Shown here: in pieces, positions 14,733 to 24,158 of the stretch
Position numbering within the stretch: the stretch's first letter is position 1
Layout of the letters: each line of letters begins with the position of its first letter
From: Vulcanimicrobiota bacterium
Lineage (GTDB): Bacteria; Vulcanimicrobiota; Vulcanimicrobiia; Eremiobacterales; Eremiobacteraceae
Length of the DNA stretch: 64,000 nucleotides
Direction: 5' to 3'
Assembly: GCA_963812135.1 (NCBI GenBank)
Contig: CAWETU010000001.1
Span: forward strand, 288,001-352,000
Position numbers and translations under genes: made by a program
The notes under the pieces: model-generated
What the model was told of the DNA's origin: nothing
The model's input: the letters and a program-made list of their open reading frames with translations, nothing else
The model's database searches: none

Positions 14733-15641
14733 TTATTTCGTTGATTTCTCGCGAACCGGCCGCGCCGCCTTTCGCCAGAGCACATCCGCCCACGCTCGTC
14801 CGAGCACGCCGGCCAGCGCCGCCTCGCTCAGATCGTCCTTGCGCCGCTGCGTCGCGAGCATGGCATAGCTCCACGCGACCACGCGATCGGATGCGTCGAG
14901 CGCGTCGCGCCGGAGCCGTTGGCGCGCGTTGAACACCTGCTGCTCCCATTGCGTCATCAGCGTCCGCCGCACGCGTTCGTAGCTGCGCAAGTCGACGCCG
15001 GGCACGTGCTCGCGCAGTTCCTTGAACGTCAACCACGGCGCGCCCGCGATCGCCCCGGCGATGCGGCCGTCGGCCGCGCGGCGCGACGCATCTGCGCACA
15101 CGACGCACATGGGCGTCCTCGTCGCGACATCCGCCCAGCAGCCGCACGTGGCGCACCGCCGCCAACCGGCTTGCGCGCGCTGCGCGTCGAGCGCCGCCTG
15201 TTCCCGGCGCAAGCGCTGCAGCAATTCCTCGAGGCTTTCCCCCGCAGCGGCGCCGTCGTCAACCCCCGCGCTTGCGGCCTCGTGCGCCCGAGGTCGCCGA
15301 CGGGGGCGCGCCGGCGCAGCGCCAACGAGCAGTGCGCGGCTGCGGCCGGTCGCCACGATGAACTTCAAGCGCCGCAGGTCCACGCCCGGACACCGCTCGC
15401 GCAGACGCTCGATGATCGTCGGCGCTAAGAACGTGAGCTGGTGGCTCCACGCGCTGCTCGGCGTCAAGACGGTCAACGTGCCGTCGCGATACGTCGCCGC
15501 CCGCGTGCGTCGCGCGACGTCGGCGCCGACGCTCTCCGGCCACGCCGCCGCCAGCGCTCCAGCCTCGCCGCCGGCGCGCGTGCGCTCCCCCGCCGGCCTG
15601 TATGCCGCGAGCAATGCGCGCAGCGATTGCGGTCCGGTCAT
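14733..15641 (-). CDS. dciA: DciA/DUF721 helicase-loading factor with CxxC..CxxC extension
   Basis: ATG 15641 overlaps the recF stop; AWPESVG..VARRT..DGTLTV..SSAWSHQL DUF721 core; CATC...CVVC; conserved position between recF and gyrB. Confidence 0.8.
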   Translation of the reverse strand: MTGPQSLRALLAAYRPAGERTRAGGEAGALAAAWPESVGADVARRTRAATYRDGTLTVLTPSSAWSHQLTFLAPTIIERLRERCPGVDLRRLKFIVATGRSRALLVGAAPARPRRRPRAHEAASAGVDDGAAAGESLEELLQRLRREQAALDAQRAQAGWRRCATCGCWADVATRTPMCVVCADASRRAADGRIAGAIAGAPWLTFKELREHVPGVDLRSYERVRRTLMTQWEQQVFNARQRLRRDALDASDRVVAWSYAMLATQRRKDDLSEAALAGVLGRAWADVLWRKAARPVREKSTK

Positions 15642-16765
15642 GCGCTTGCCTTGTGCCTCATCGCGTCGACGACCGTTCCGTCCTTCACCACGAACACGTG
15701 GTGCGGTGTGTCGAGCGCGACGTCGGAGAGATCCGTCGCGGTGATGAATGCTTGCTCGAAGCCCGCGATGCTCGACAAGAACGCGCTGCGCCGCTGTTCG
15801 TCGAGCTCCGAGAGGACGTCGTCGAGCAGCAAGAGCGGCGCTTCGCCGGCGGCGGCATGGGCGAGCGCATATTCCGCCGCTTTGATCGCGAGCACGGCGG
15901 TGCGCTGCTGGCCTTGGGAACCGTAGCGCGCGAGCGGCCGGCCGCCGAGGAGAAGCGCGATGTCGTCGCGATGCGGTCCGACGAGCGCCATCTTGCGCGC
16001 GGCCTCGGCGGGCGCCAAACGCGAGAGCGCGACGGCGAGCGCGGACGCGACGGCGTCGGGGGTGTGCGCGCTCTGCGGCGGCGACGGCGCATATTCGACG
16101 TCGAATTGATCGCGGCCGCCGACCCAACGCGCGTGGACGCTTTGCGCTTCGTGCGCTAGGCGACGCACGTAGCCTGCCCGCGCGACGACGAGCCGCGTGC
16201 CGACGTCGATCACTTGCGCATTGTACGTCGCCAGCAGCGTGCGATCGGCGGCGTCGGGGGATTTGAGAAAGGCGTTCTTCTGCGCGAGCAGTTTGACGTA
16301 CGCCGCGAGATCGTGATAGTAGCCTCGGTCGATCTGCGACAACGCGGCGTTGAGCAGCCGCCGGCGCACGCCTGCCGGGCCTGTCACCAGGCCAAGGTCG
16401 GCGGGCACGAACGTCACGGCCGTGATGCCGCCGAGGAAATTGCCGTACGATATGCGCCGCCCGTTGCGGGAGAAGCGCTTACGCGCTCCGTCGCCCGAGC
16501 GCGCGATCACGCACTCGGCGGTTGCTTCGCCGGCGCGGGTGCGCACGCGCGCCGAGACGCTCGCAAGCGGTGCGTCGAACCTGATAAGATCGGATTCGCG
16601 CACGGCGCGGAAGGATTTGCCGAGCGACAGCACGCCGAGCGCTTCGAGCACGTTCGATTTGCCCTGCGCATTCGCGCCCACCAAGACGCAGGCGCCCTCC
16701 GGCGGTTCGAAACGGAGGGCGGCGTAATTGCGGAAGTTCGCGAGCTCGAGTGCCAGGACGCGCAC
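15638..16765 (-). CDS. recF: DNA replication/repair protein RecF
   Basis: NFRNY, GANAQGKSN, GPHRDD, GSQGQQR, LLLDDVLSELD. Confidence 0.97.
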   Translation of the reverse strand: MRVLALELANFRNYAALRFEPPEGACVLVGANAQGKSNVLEALGVLSLGKSFRAVRESDLIRFDAPLASVSARVRTRAGEATAECVIARSGDGARKRFSRNGRRISYGNFLGGITAVTFVPADLGLVTGPAGVRRRLLNAALSQIDRGYYHDLAAYVKLLAQKNAFLKSPDAADRTLLATYNAQVIDVGTRLVVARAGYVRRLAHEAQSVHARWVGGRDQFDVEYAPSPPQSAHTPDAVASALAVALSRLAPAEAARKMALVGPHRDDIALLLGGRPLARYGSQGQQRTAVLAIKAAEYALAHAAAGEAPLLLLDDVLSELDEQRRSAFLSSIAGFEQAFITATDLSDVALDTPHHVFVVKDGTVVDAMRHKASA

Positions 16766-16769
16766 GGAA

Positions 16770-17888
16770 CTACTGGCGCAGCGGCATGAGGATGTACAGC
16801 TGGCGCTCGGCGAGATCGCCCGTCGCGGGGCGCATCGCGCCCGGATTGAGCGCGCCTTGGAAGCTCATGGCGACCGTGTCGCTTGCGATGTGGTTCAAGA
16901 TCTCGACGAGATACTTCGCGTTGAAGGCGATCGTGAGCGGATCGCCGGTGCGCTCGACGTCTATCTCCTCGTACGCCGTTCCGGCCGTGTCAGAGCTGGC
17001 CGTGATGACGAGGCTGGTGCCGTCCATCGCGAGCTTCACCATGCTGGCGCGATCGCCCGCGACGACTTCGGCGCGCCGCAAGCTCGCGAGCAGTTTTTCC
17101 GTGCTCGCGATGACGCGCTTGTCGAACTCCTTGGGGATGACTTGTTGATAGTTCGGATATTGCCCGTCGATCAAACGCGCGATGACTTTGACGTCGCCGG
17201 TGTTGAACACGAGTTGGTTCGCCTGCCCGCCGAGCACCTTAGCTTCGATGGTGCCGCCGGCGGCGGTGCGCACGACTTCGCTCAACGCGCGGGCCGGCAC
17301 GATCAGGCGAGCGGATTGTTTGATGGGCTCGGTCAGTCCGAGCTGGTAGCGCGCGAGACGATAGCCGTCGGTCGCCACCATGGTGAGCGATGAGCCATCG
17401 AGCTCGAGCAGGGTCCCCATGAGCACGGGGCCGCGCGCCTCTTCGCTCGACGCAGCGAATGTGACGGCGGATGCCGCGTCGCGAAACGCTTTCGCGTCGA
17501 TCCGAAACTCGTCCGACGACGTGCCTTCGGGCAACGGCGGATACTCATCAGCCGGCAGCGCGAAGAATTCGTAGTTCGAGCGTTCGCATTTGCACGTCGC
17601 GCGGCTTGCGGTGCCGGTCATCTCGAGCGTCGCCGGCGGCAGGTTGGCGAGGTAGCCTGAGAACAAGCGGGCCGGCACGGTGCAACGGCCTTCCTCGAGC
17701 ACCTCGGCGTTGAATGCGTTCTCTAGGGTGAGCTCGAGATCGGTGGCGCGGACGCTGACGCGGCCTTTCTTGGCCGACAGCAAGACGTTGCCCAAGATAG
17801 GCATCGTCGTGTGCGCGTTGACCACTTTGCTCGCGGCAGCAACCGCCCCCGCGATGTCTTTCGCGTTGCAGCTGAACTTCATCGTCAC
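16770..17888 (-). CDS. dnaN: DNA polymerase III beta clamp
   Basis: ATDLE, VATDGYRL, RLIDGQYPNY, IAFNAKYL, YILMPLR; follows dnaA. Confidence 0.97.
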   Translation of the reverse strand: MTMKFSCNAKDIAGAVAAASKVVNAHTTMPILGNVLLSAKKGRVSVRATDLELTLENAFNAEVLEEGRCTVPARLFSGYLANLPPATLEMTGTASRATCKCERSNYEFFALPADEYPPLPEGTSSDEFRIDAKAFRDAASAVTFAASSEEARGPVLMGTLLELDGSSLTMVATDGYRLARYQLGLTEPIKQSARLIVPARALSEVVRTAAGGTIEAKVLGGQANQLVFNTGDVKVIARLIDGQYPNYQQVIPKEFDKRVIASTEKLLASLRRAEVVAGDRASMVKLAMDGTSLVITASSDTAGTAYEEIDVERTGDPLTIAFNAKYLVEILNHIASDTVAMSFQGALNPGAMRPATGDLAERQLYILMPLRQ

Positions 17889-17945
17889 CCCTTAGCCTTG
17901 TCCGTGCGTAGTTATTCGCAACGTCGTCGAGTTCATTCCGTGGTC

Positions 17946-18144
17946 TTTAGAGATTTATCTTTGTCGTCGTCTTCGTATTAGTGCGGTGCATACCGAGGAT
18001 AGTGCCGGCGAGGTCGACGCGGCCTCCGTTCGCGCACCGGTGCGCCTGTGGAGGATGCTGGCCGGTCATGCACCGCGTGCACATGCGACCGCGGTCATGC
18101 CGCTAGACGGTCGCGCTGTCCACGCTTTGCGCAACCTATCCACG
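17946..18144 (-). promoter_or_regulatory. oriC part 2 candidate (dnaA-dnaN intergenic): degenerate DnaA boxes, trimer array and AT-rich patch
   Basis: Minus strand reads ctatcctcg gtatgcacc gca CTA ATA CGA AGA CGA CGA CAA AGA TAA atctctaaag; further box-like ctatccacg at 18136-18144. Confidence 0.5.
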
Positions 18145-18165
18145 CGGCTGCCCGCGGCGCGGTGA

Positions 18166-19548
18166 TCAGCCGTCCTGGTTGATGGTGGCGACCACCGACT
18201 TGAGCTTGCTCCGGAACTCGGGATCGCGCTCCATCTGGTCTTTGACCTTGTTGCGCGCGTACATCACGGTCGTGTGGTCCTTCTTGCCGAACTCCCGGGC
18301 GATCTGCGGCAGCGATGCGTTGGTGAGATCGCAGGCCAAGTACATGGCGATCTGGCGGGGTACGGTCAAGCGGTGGTCGCGACGCTGGCCCTCGAGCTCT
18401 TTGAGCGTGATGCCATGGAAACGCGCCACTTTCTCTTTGATGAGCGCGATCGTGACCTTGCGCAGCGGCACTTCTTGGATCTCGTTGCGCAGCACTTCGG
18501 TGGCAAGCTCGACGGTGATCGGCTTCTTATAGAGCGAGGCGTACGCGGTCAGCTTGATCAGCGCACCTTCGAGCTGCCTGATGTTGGACGGGATGATCTT
18601 GGCGATGTAGGACGTCACCTCGTGCGGCACGTCGATGTGGTCGCTCTCGGCCTTCTTGCGCAAGATCGCTTCGCGGGTCTCGAGGTCGGGCTGCTGGATG
18701 TCGGTCAACAGGCCCCATTCGAACCTTGACCGCAGCCGGTTCTCCAGCGTTTGGATGTCTTTGGGCGGCCGGTCGCTCGATATCACCAGCTGCTTGGATG
18801 CTTCGTGCAGCGTGTTGAAGGTGTGAAAGAACTCTTCTTGCGTCTGTTCTTTGCCTTCCAAGAATTGGATGTCGTCGATGAGCAGCACGTCGACCGTGCG
18901 GTAGCGATTGCGGAACTCGACCGTCTGGTTGTTCTTGATCGCGGTGATGAACTCGTTGGTGAACGTCTCTGACGAGACGTACACGACGCGCGCTTTCGGA
19001 TCGGAGACGAGCACGCGGTGGCCGATCGCGTGCATGAGGTGCGTCTTGCCCAGACCGACCGCGCCGTAGATGAACAGCGGGTTGTACGCGCGGGCGGGCG
19101 AGTCGGCGACTGCCTGCGCCGCGGCGTGCGCGAAACGATTGGTGGCCCCGACGACGAACTGTTCGAAGGTGTAGCGCTCGGTGAGGCCGGTATGGCGGAA
19201 ATCTTCAATGACAGTCGCCGCTGCGGCGCTCGGGACTGGGAGCAGGCTGGGCTCTGACTGTCCCGCACCAAGGTCCGTCTCTTCACTGATGACAAACCTG
19301 ACGTTCATGGGTGCTCCCATGATCTCGGTCAGGGTTCCTAAGATGGTCGCTTTGAGCCGGTTCTCCGCCCAATCTTTGGCAAACGCGTTTTGAACGGTCA
19401 AGGTGACTTCGTCCGTTGTCATGCGTGAGACGCGCATCGGTTTGATCCACGTTTCGAAGATGGGTTTGGTGAAACGATTTTCCAGCGCGCCCAGACAGCT
19501 CTGCCACAGATACTCTTCGTTGGTGCCGAGAACAGTTGCCACTTCCAT
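18166..19548 (-). CDS. dnaA: Chromosomal replication initiator DnaA
   Basis: YNPLFIYGAVGLGKTHL, LLIDDIQF, QEEFFHTFN, RLRSRFEWGL, KDHTTVMYA. Confidence 0.98.
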   Translation of the reverse strand: MEVATVLGTNEEYLWQSCLGALENRFTKPIFETWIKPMRVSRMTTDEVTLTVQNAFAKDWAENRLKATILGTLTEIMGAPMNVRFVISEETDLGAGQSEPSLLPVPSAAAATVIEDFRHTGLTERYTFEQFVVGATNRFAHAAAQAVADSPARAYNPLFIYGAVGLGKTHLMHAIGHRVLVSDPKARVVYVSSETFTNEFITAIKNNQTVEFRNRYRTVDVLLIDDIQFLEGKEQTQEEFFHTFNTLHEASKQLVISSDRPPKDIQTLENRLRSRFEWGLLTDIQQPDLETREAILRKKAESDHIDVPHEVTSYIAKIIPSNIRQLEGALIKLTAYASLYKKPITVELATEVLRNEIQEVPLRKVTIALIKEKVARFHGITLKELEGQRRDHRLTVPRQIAMYLACDLTNASLPQIAREFGKKDHTTVMYARNKVKDQMERDPEFRSKLKSVVATINQDG

Positions 19549-19665
19549 CACTCTTTCTATTTCGTTCGTAAAGGAAATCGCTGTCCGAGTCTGTGAGCGG
19601 AATCGGACGGGTTCCGCGCTTTAGGGAGCGGAAATCCTTATTCCTTCAGGGTTTGCGCGATTTTT

Positions 19666-19952
19666 CTATGCACATATCCACAACAAAACTGTGGTGCATG
19701 TGGATACGTTTTTCGCGCTTGCGCGCAAGCGCTTGCGCGACGGGCGAACGCGTCCGCGTCGTCGGATCGCCAATTGCGATCCACGGTGTGACGGCTGCGC
19801 ACAAGATTTTCGCGATTTTCGCGCGCGAATCGGAGCAATGCCATGCTCCAAAAGGGCTTGCGCCACCGCGCGTATGTATCCACAGCGTTATCCACAGGTG
19901 TGAATAGGGGAAATTCGGAGGATCGGGAGAGCTTTCAAGGCCAATATCCACA
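19666..19952. promoter_or_regulatory. oriC part 1: DnaA-box cluster between dnaA and rpmH
   Basis: TTATCCACA at 19888-19896, plus near matches at 19666, 19674, 19699 (reverse), 19876, 19899 (reverse) and 19944. Confidence 0.85.
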
Positions 19953-20083
19953 GGGTTTTGCGCGGTTTTTCGCATTTCGCGCGCCGGCGCGCCATGCACC
20001 GTCCATCCACGGATGCGAGGGTCGGTCTTCTGCCCGCCATCGCCCTTGGCCTACGTCCCGCAAGGCCGGTCGCAGTCGTTTTC

Positions 20084-20113
20084 TTGACGGTATCGCGCGA
20101 GCGCGTCTATAAT
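20084..20113 (+). promoter_or_regulatory. sigma70-type promoter of rpmH operon
   Basis: TTGACG-N18-TATAAT upstream of rpmH. Confidence 0.7.
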
Positions 20114-20185
20114 GGAAATCTTCGCATCGCGTCTTTTTGCAAGTGCCGCCGCGCGCGGCACTTGGTATGTAGAACCCGAGGAATC

Positions 20186-20323
20186 GTGAAACGCACTTTT
20201 CAGCCGCACAACCGCCGGCGTAAGCGGACGCACGGATTTCGGGCGCGCATGGCCACCAAAAATGGCCGCCGCGTGCTCGCTGCACGTCGACGCAAGGGGC
20301 GCACACGCCTCACGCCGGACTGA
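20186..20323 (+). CDS. rpmH: 50S ribosomal protein L34
   Basis: GTG start after [43 protein letters not shown]. Confidence 0.97.
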   Translation: MKRTFQPHNRRRKRTHGFRARMATKNGRRVLAARRRKGRTRLTPD

Positions 20324-20343
20324 CGAGCCATACGCTGTCCGCC

Positions 20344-20709
20344 ATGCGCACTTATGACAGCTTGCGCGGCAGGCGGGAGTTCACCCTCGTGATCCGCCGC
20401 GGCACGGCAGCCGCGCGCGACGCGCTCACGGTGTTCGGATTCACGCCGCGCGACGCGATGACGACCAAAATCGGCGTCGTCATCCCGAAGACCGTCGGCA
20501 AAGCGGTGCACCGCAATCGCCTGCGGCGCCGCTGCAAGGCGATCCTCGATCGCGCGCAGCTCGGACCGCCGCATCGATGGTATGTGATCTCGTGCCGGCC
20601 AGGCGCGGCCGGTCTGACGTTTGAGGAGCTTCGACATCATCTCACACGCGCGCTCGAACGCGCCGCGACGGCCAAGCCCAAGCCTGCCCCCGCTCGGCGG
20701 CGCGTATGA
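20344..20709 (+). CDS. rnpA: RNase P protein component
   Basis: [21 protein letters not shown]; follows rpmH. Confidence 0.95.
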   Translation: MRTYDSLRGRREFTLVIRRGTAAARDALTVFGFTPRDAMTTKIGVVIPKTVGKAVHRNRLRRRCKAILDRAQLGPPHRWYVISCRPGAAGLTFEELRHHLTRALERAATAKPKPAPARRRV

Positions 20710-20912
20710 ACCCGCTCGTCGCCGCCATCCGCACGTATCAGCGGACGATCTCAAAGTTGCTGCCGCCGGCGTGCCGCTTCACGCCGACCTGCTCCGAGTA
20801 CGCCGCGCAGGCGATCGAACGGTACGGCGGGGTCCGCGGATCAGCGCTGGCGGCCAAGCGGCTGCTACGTTGCCACCCCTGGCATCCCGGCGGCTACGAC
20901 CCGGTGCCGTGA
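20706..20912 (+). CDS. yidD: Membrane protein insertion efficiency factor
   Basis: [24 protein letters not shown]. Confidence 0.95.
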   Translation: MNPLVAAIRTYQRTISKLLPPACRFTPTCSEYAAQAIERYGGVRGSALAAKRLLRCHPWHPGGYDPVP

Positions 20913-20935
20913 ACGCACGTATATAAGAAGAGAGA

Positions 20936-21877
20936 ATGACGATCGCGACGCTGCTCTTGCCCCTGGCCGCACTGCTGTTCGGATTCGCCAATCCGTTCAC
21001 CGAGATGTTCGACGTGCTCTCGCACTTCTTCGCGGGCATCATCGACTACATCAACGGGGTCACCCACAACTACGGCTGGTCGATGCTCGTGCTCGCACTC
21101 GTCATCCGCGTCGCCTTGATCCCGCTGTACGTCCAGCAGTTCAAATCCGCCAAAGAGATGCAGGCGCTCGCGCCCTACCTCAAGCGCTTGCAGACGAAAT
21201 ACAAAGACAACAAGCAGAAGCTCCAAGAGCAGACGATGGCGCTCTACCGCGAGCACAACGTCAATCCGCTCGGCGGCTGTCTGCCGATTCTCGTGCAACT
21301 GCCCATCCTGTGGGCGGTGTACCAGGCCATCCGCGTGCACAACGATCAGTTCAAAGGAGCGTCGTGGCTGTGGATCGGTTCGCCGCTCTCGCATCAGTAT
21401 TCGCATATCCTCGCCACCAATCTGTTCCAGCCCGACATGGTGCTGCTGTTCCTGTACGCGGTGTCGCTGTATTTCTCGGTCAAGCTCACGCCGATGCCGA
21501 GCGCCGACCCGCAAATGGCGACGCAGATGAAGATCCAGTCGCTCATCATGCCGGTCGCGCTGTTCTTCTTCTTACGCGGCTATCCGTCGGGCTTCGTGCT
21601 GTACTGGCTGGGCTTCAACGTCATCAGCATGGTGCAGCAATGGATCGTGATGCGCGCGCCGTCGCGCATCGCCGCGCCGCCCGCCGAGACGCCGGCCACG
21701 TTGGCCGGCTACCCGTTGGATTGTCCGTCGTGCAACGAGCGGCTCGTTATCGTCAAAGGCAGCAAGTGTGAGAAGTGCGGGGCGAAGGTACGTAAGCTCC
21801 AGCCCAGCGGCAACGGCGCGGCCACCGCGCCAGCCGCGCTCAAACAATCAGATAAAGGGGCAAAGCAAGGCTCATGA
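20936..21877 (+). CDS. yidC: Membrane protein insertase YidC (short form, C-terminal Zn-ribbon-like tail)
   Basis: NYGWS..LVIR, MALYREHNVNPLGGCLPILVQLPI, PSGFVLYW; tail CPSC-x11-CEKC. Confidence 0.93.
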   Translation: MTIATLLLPLAALLFGFANPFTEMFDVLSHFFAGIIDYINGVTHNYGWSMLVLALVIRVALIPLYVQQFKSAKEMQALAPYLKRLQTKYKDNKQKLQEQTMALYREHNVNPLGGCLPILVQLPILWAVYQAIRVHNDQFKGASWLWIGSPLSHQYSHILATNLFQPDMVLLFLYAVSLYFSVKLTPMPSADPQMATQMKIQSLIMPVALFFFLRGYPSGFVLYWLGFNVISMVQQWIVMRAPSRIAAPPAETPATLAGYPLDCPSCNERLVIVKGSKCEKCGAKVRKLQPSGNGAATAPAALKQSDKGAKQGS

Positions 21878-22659
21878 ACGACTACGGTTCGGGATCCAAT
21901 CACGGCCGCGGCGACCGTCCGCCGGGCGGACGAGGCGGCGGGTCGCGCTATGGTCGCGGTGGTTTTAGCGGACGCGGCGGCGCGCCAGGCGGACGTCGCC
22001 CCGAAGGCCGCAACGGCGGCCGCTATGATCGCAATGCCGGGCGCGGCGAGAGCCGCGGCCGTCCGCCGGCGCGCAAGGTGTGCCCGCCGGAACTGCGCGA
22101 GCCGTTCATGGAGGCGCGCGACTTCCTCGCCGGCCTCATCGCCGCGCTCGGATTGCCGGCGCGTCTGTCGTACGGCGGCATCGAACCCGCGCGCGACGGC
22201 CGTCAGGTGACGATCGACGTGCGTGGTCTGCAGCCGGCCGGTCCGCCGGATCGTTTCCGGCGCGATGAAGAGGCGGATGACGATCTCGCCATCCTCATCG
22301 GCAAGCACGGCGCGATGCTCGACGCGCTTACGGCGATCATCAATGCGGTGATGCACCGCGGCGAGTCCGACGGTTTGTTCTTCGCGGTCGACGTCGAAGG
22401 CTATCGCTCGCGGCGCGTCGCCACGCTGCGCTCGATCGCACAACGCAGCGCCGAGCGAGCGCTGCGCGAAGGCGTCGCGATCGAACTCTTACCGATGCCG
22501 CCTTCCGAACGGCGCATCATCCACTTGACGCTGGCGGCGCATCCCGCGCTTGCCACCGAATCGACGGGCAGCGGCATGAACCGGCGGGTGGTGATCGTGC
22601 CGCGCGACGCGCAAGAACGTCCGCCGGATTACGGACCCGAGGAAGAACCCGGCTACTGA
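21874..22659 (+). CDS. jag: Jag/KhpB RNA-binding protein (KH + R3H)
   Basis: LIGKHGAMLDAL, VDVEGYR, PMPPSERRIIH; follows yidC. Confidence 0.88.
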   Translation: MNDYGSGSNHGRGDRPPGGRGGGSRYGRGGFSGRGGAPGGRRPEGRNGGRYDRNAGRGESRGRPPARKVCPPELREPFMEARDFLAGLIAALGLPARLSYGGIEPARDGRQVTIDVRGLQPAGPPDRFRRDEEADDDLAILIGKHGAMLDALTAIINAVMHRGESDGLFFAVDVEGYRSRRVATLRSIAQRSAERALREGVAIELLPMPPSERRIIHLTLAAHPALATESTGSGMNRRVVIVPRDAQERPPDYGPEEEPGY

Positions 22660-22693
22660 TCGGGTTGCCGCGCATGCGGTAGGACGACCGGTC

Positions 22694-24070
22694 ATGACAT
22701 CGGCCCACGACGACACGATCGCCGCGATCGCCACGCCGCCCGGCGTTTCGGCGGTGGCGATCGTGCGCGTCTCCGGCCGCGATGCGCGGGCGATCGCCGC
22801 AGCGGTCTTCGAACCTGCGCGCGGCGGCGCGCTGCGCGCCGCACATGCGCGGCGCGGCTGGCTGCGCGATCCAGCAACTCGCCAACGCGTCGACGACGCG
22901 CTCGCGCTCTTGTTTCCCGCCCCCAATTCGTATACCGGTGAAGATGTGGTCGAGCTGCACGTGCATGGCGGAACGGGTGTCGTCGCGTCGGCGCTCGCGC
23001 ACGTCGTGTCGGCAGGCGCGCGGCTCGCCGGTCCCGGCGAATTCACGCGGCGCGCATTCGTCAATGGCAAACTCGATCTAGCACAGGCCGAAGCCGTCGC
23101 TGATCTGATCGACGCGCAATCGCGACAGGCTGCGGCAGCGGCCGCCGCTCGGTTGGAGGGCGCGCTCGGTCGCGAGTTGCGCGTGCTGCGCGAGGCGCTG
23201 ACCGCCCGGCTCGTGGAGCTCGAAGCCCACGTCGATTATCCCGATGAAGTGCCGCCGCCCGATGCGCCGGCGTTCGAGCGCACCCTTGCGCACCAGCTCG
23301 CGCGCATCGATGAGCTGCTTGCCGGTTCGGGACCGGCGCGCGCGCTGCGCGACGGGCTCGACTGCGTGATCGCCGGACCCCCGAACGCCGGCAAGTCGTC
23401 GCTGCTCAACGCGCTGCTCGATGCGGAACGCGCGATCGTCTCCGACACGCCCGGCACCACGCGCGACATCGTCGAAGACCGCGTCGCGGTCGACGGCGTC
23501 GTGCTACGCTTGCGCGACACGGCGGGCTTGCGCGTGGCCTCGGACGCGATCGAAGCCGAGGGCGTGACGCGCGCGCGCCGCGCGATCGGTGTCGCCGAAT
23601 TGGTCATCGTCGTGTTGGACGGCGCGCAAGCGCTCGACGGCGGAGCGCGCGAAGCGCTCGCCGCAAGCGCCGGCCGCACGCGCATCATCTTCTTGAACAA
23701 ACTCGATCTCGGCGACGCCGGCGCACGGCAATTCGCGGCCGAGCATCCCGGCGACGGCGCCATCAGCGGCAGTGTCCGATGGCCGGCGACGCTCGCGGTG
23801 CTGCGCGCGCGAATCGCCCAACTTGGATGGGGCGGCGCTGCGATCGCCGCGAACGCGGCGCTGGTCGCAAACGCGCGACAAGTGGAATCGCTCGTGCGCG
23901 CACGCGAAGCGCTCGAACACGCGCGTGCGACGCTACGCAGCGGCGCGCCGCTCGATCTTGCATCCGGTGATCTGCGCGCGGCGATCGCGGCGTACGGCGA
24001 AGTGACGGGTGAAACGGTCACTGAGGATGTGCTCGACGGCATCTTCGCGCGCTTTTGCGTCGGTAAATAA
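22694..24070 (+). CDS. mnmE: tRNA modification GTPase MnmE
   Basis: DTIAAIATP, GEFTRRAF, GPPNAGKSS, GTTRD, DTAG, NKLD, FCVGK. Confidence 0.97.
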   Translation: MTSAHDDTIAAIATPPGVSAVAIVRVSGRDARAIAAAVFEPARGGALRAAHARRGWLRDPATRQRVDDALALLFPAPNSYTGEDVVELHVHGGTGVVASALAHVVSAGARLAGPGEFTRRAFVNGKLDLAQAEAVADLIDAQSRQAAAAAAARLEGALGRELRVLREALTARLVELEAHVDYPDEVPPPDAPAFERTLAHQLARIDELLAGSGPARALRDGLDCVIAGPPNAGKSSLLNALLDAERAIVSDTPGTTRDIVEDRVAVDGVVLRLRDTAGLRVASDAIEAEGVTRARRAIGVAELVIVVLDGAQALDGGAREALAASAGRTRIIFLNKLDLGDAGARQFAAEHPGDGAISGSVRWPATLAVLRARIAQLGWGGAAIAANAALVANARQVESLVRAREALEHARATLRSGAPLDLASGDLRAAIAAYGEVTGETVTEDVLDGIFARFCVGK

Positions 24071-24158
24071 ATCGCACCATCCGCTTCTTCTGTTAGCTTT
24101 GCAACGCAAAGTAGAGCCGTAGGGGCTTGCGCGCGCGCAGGGAAATCCGGATGAGCAC

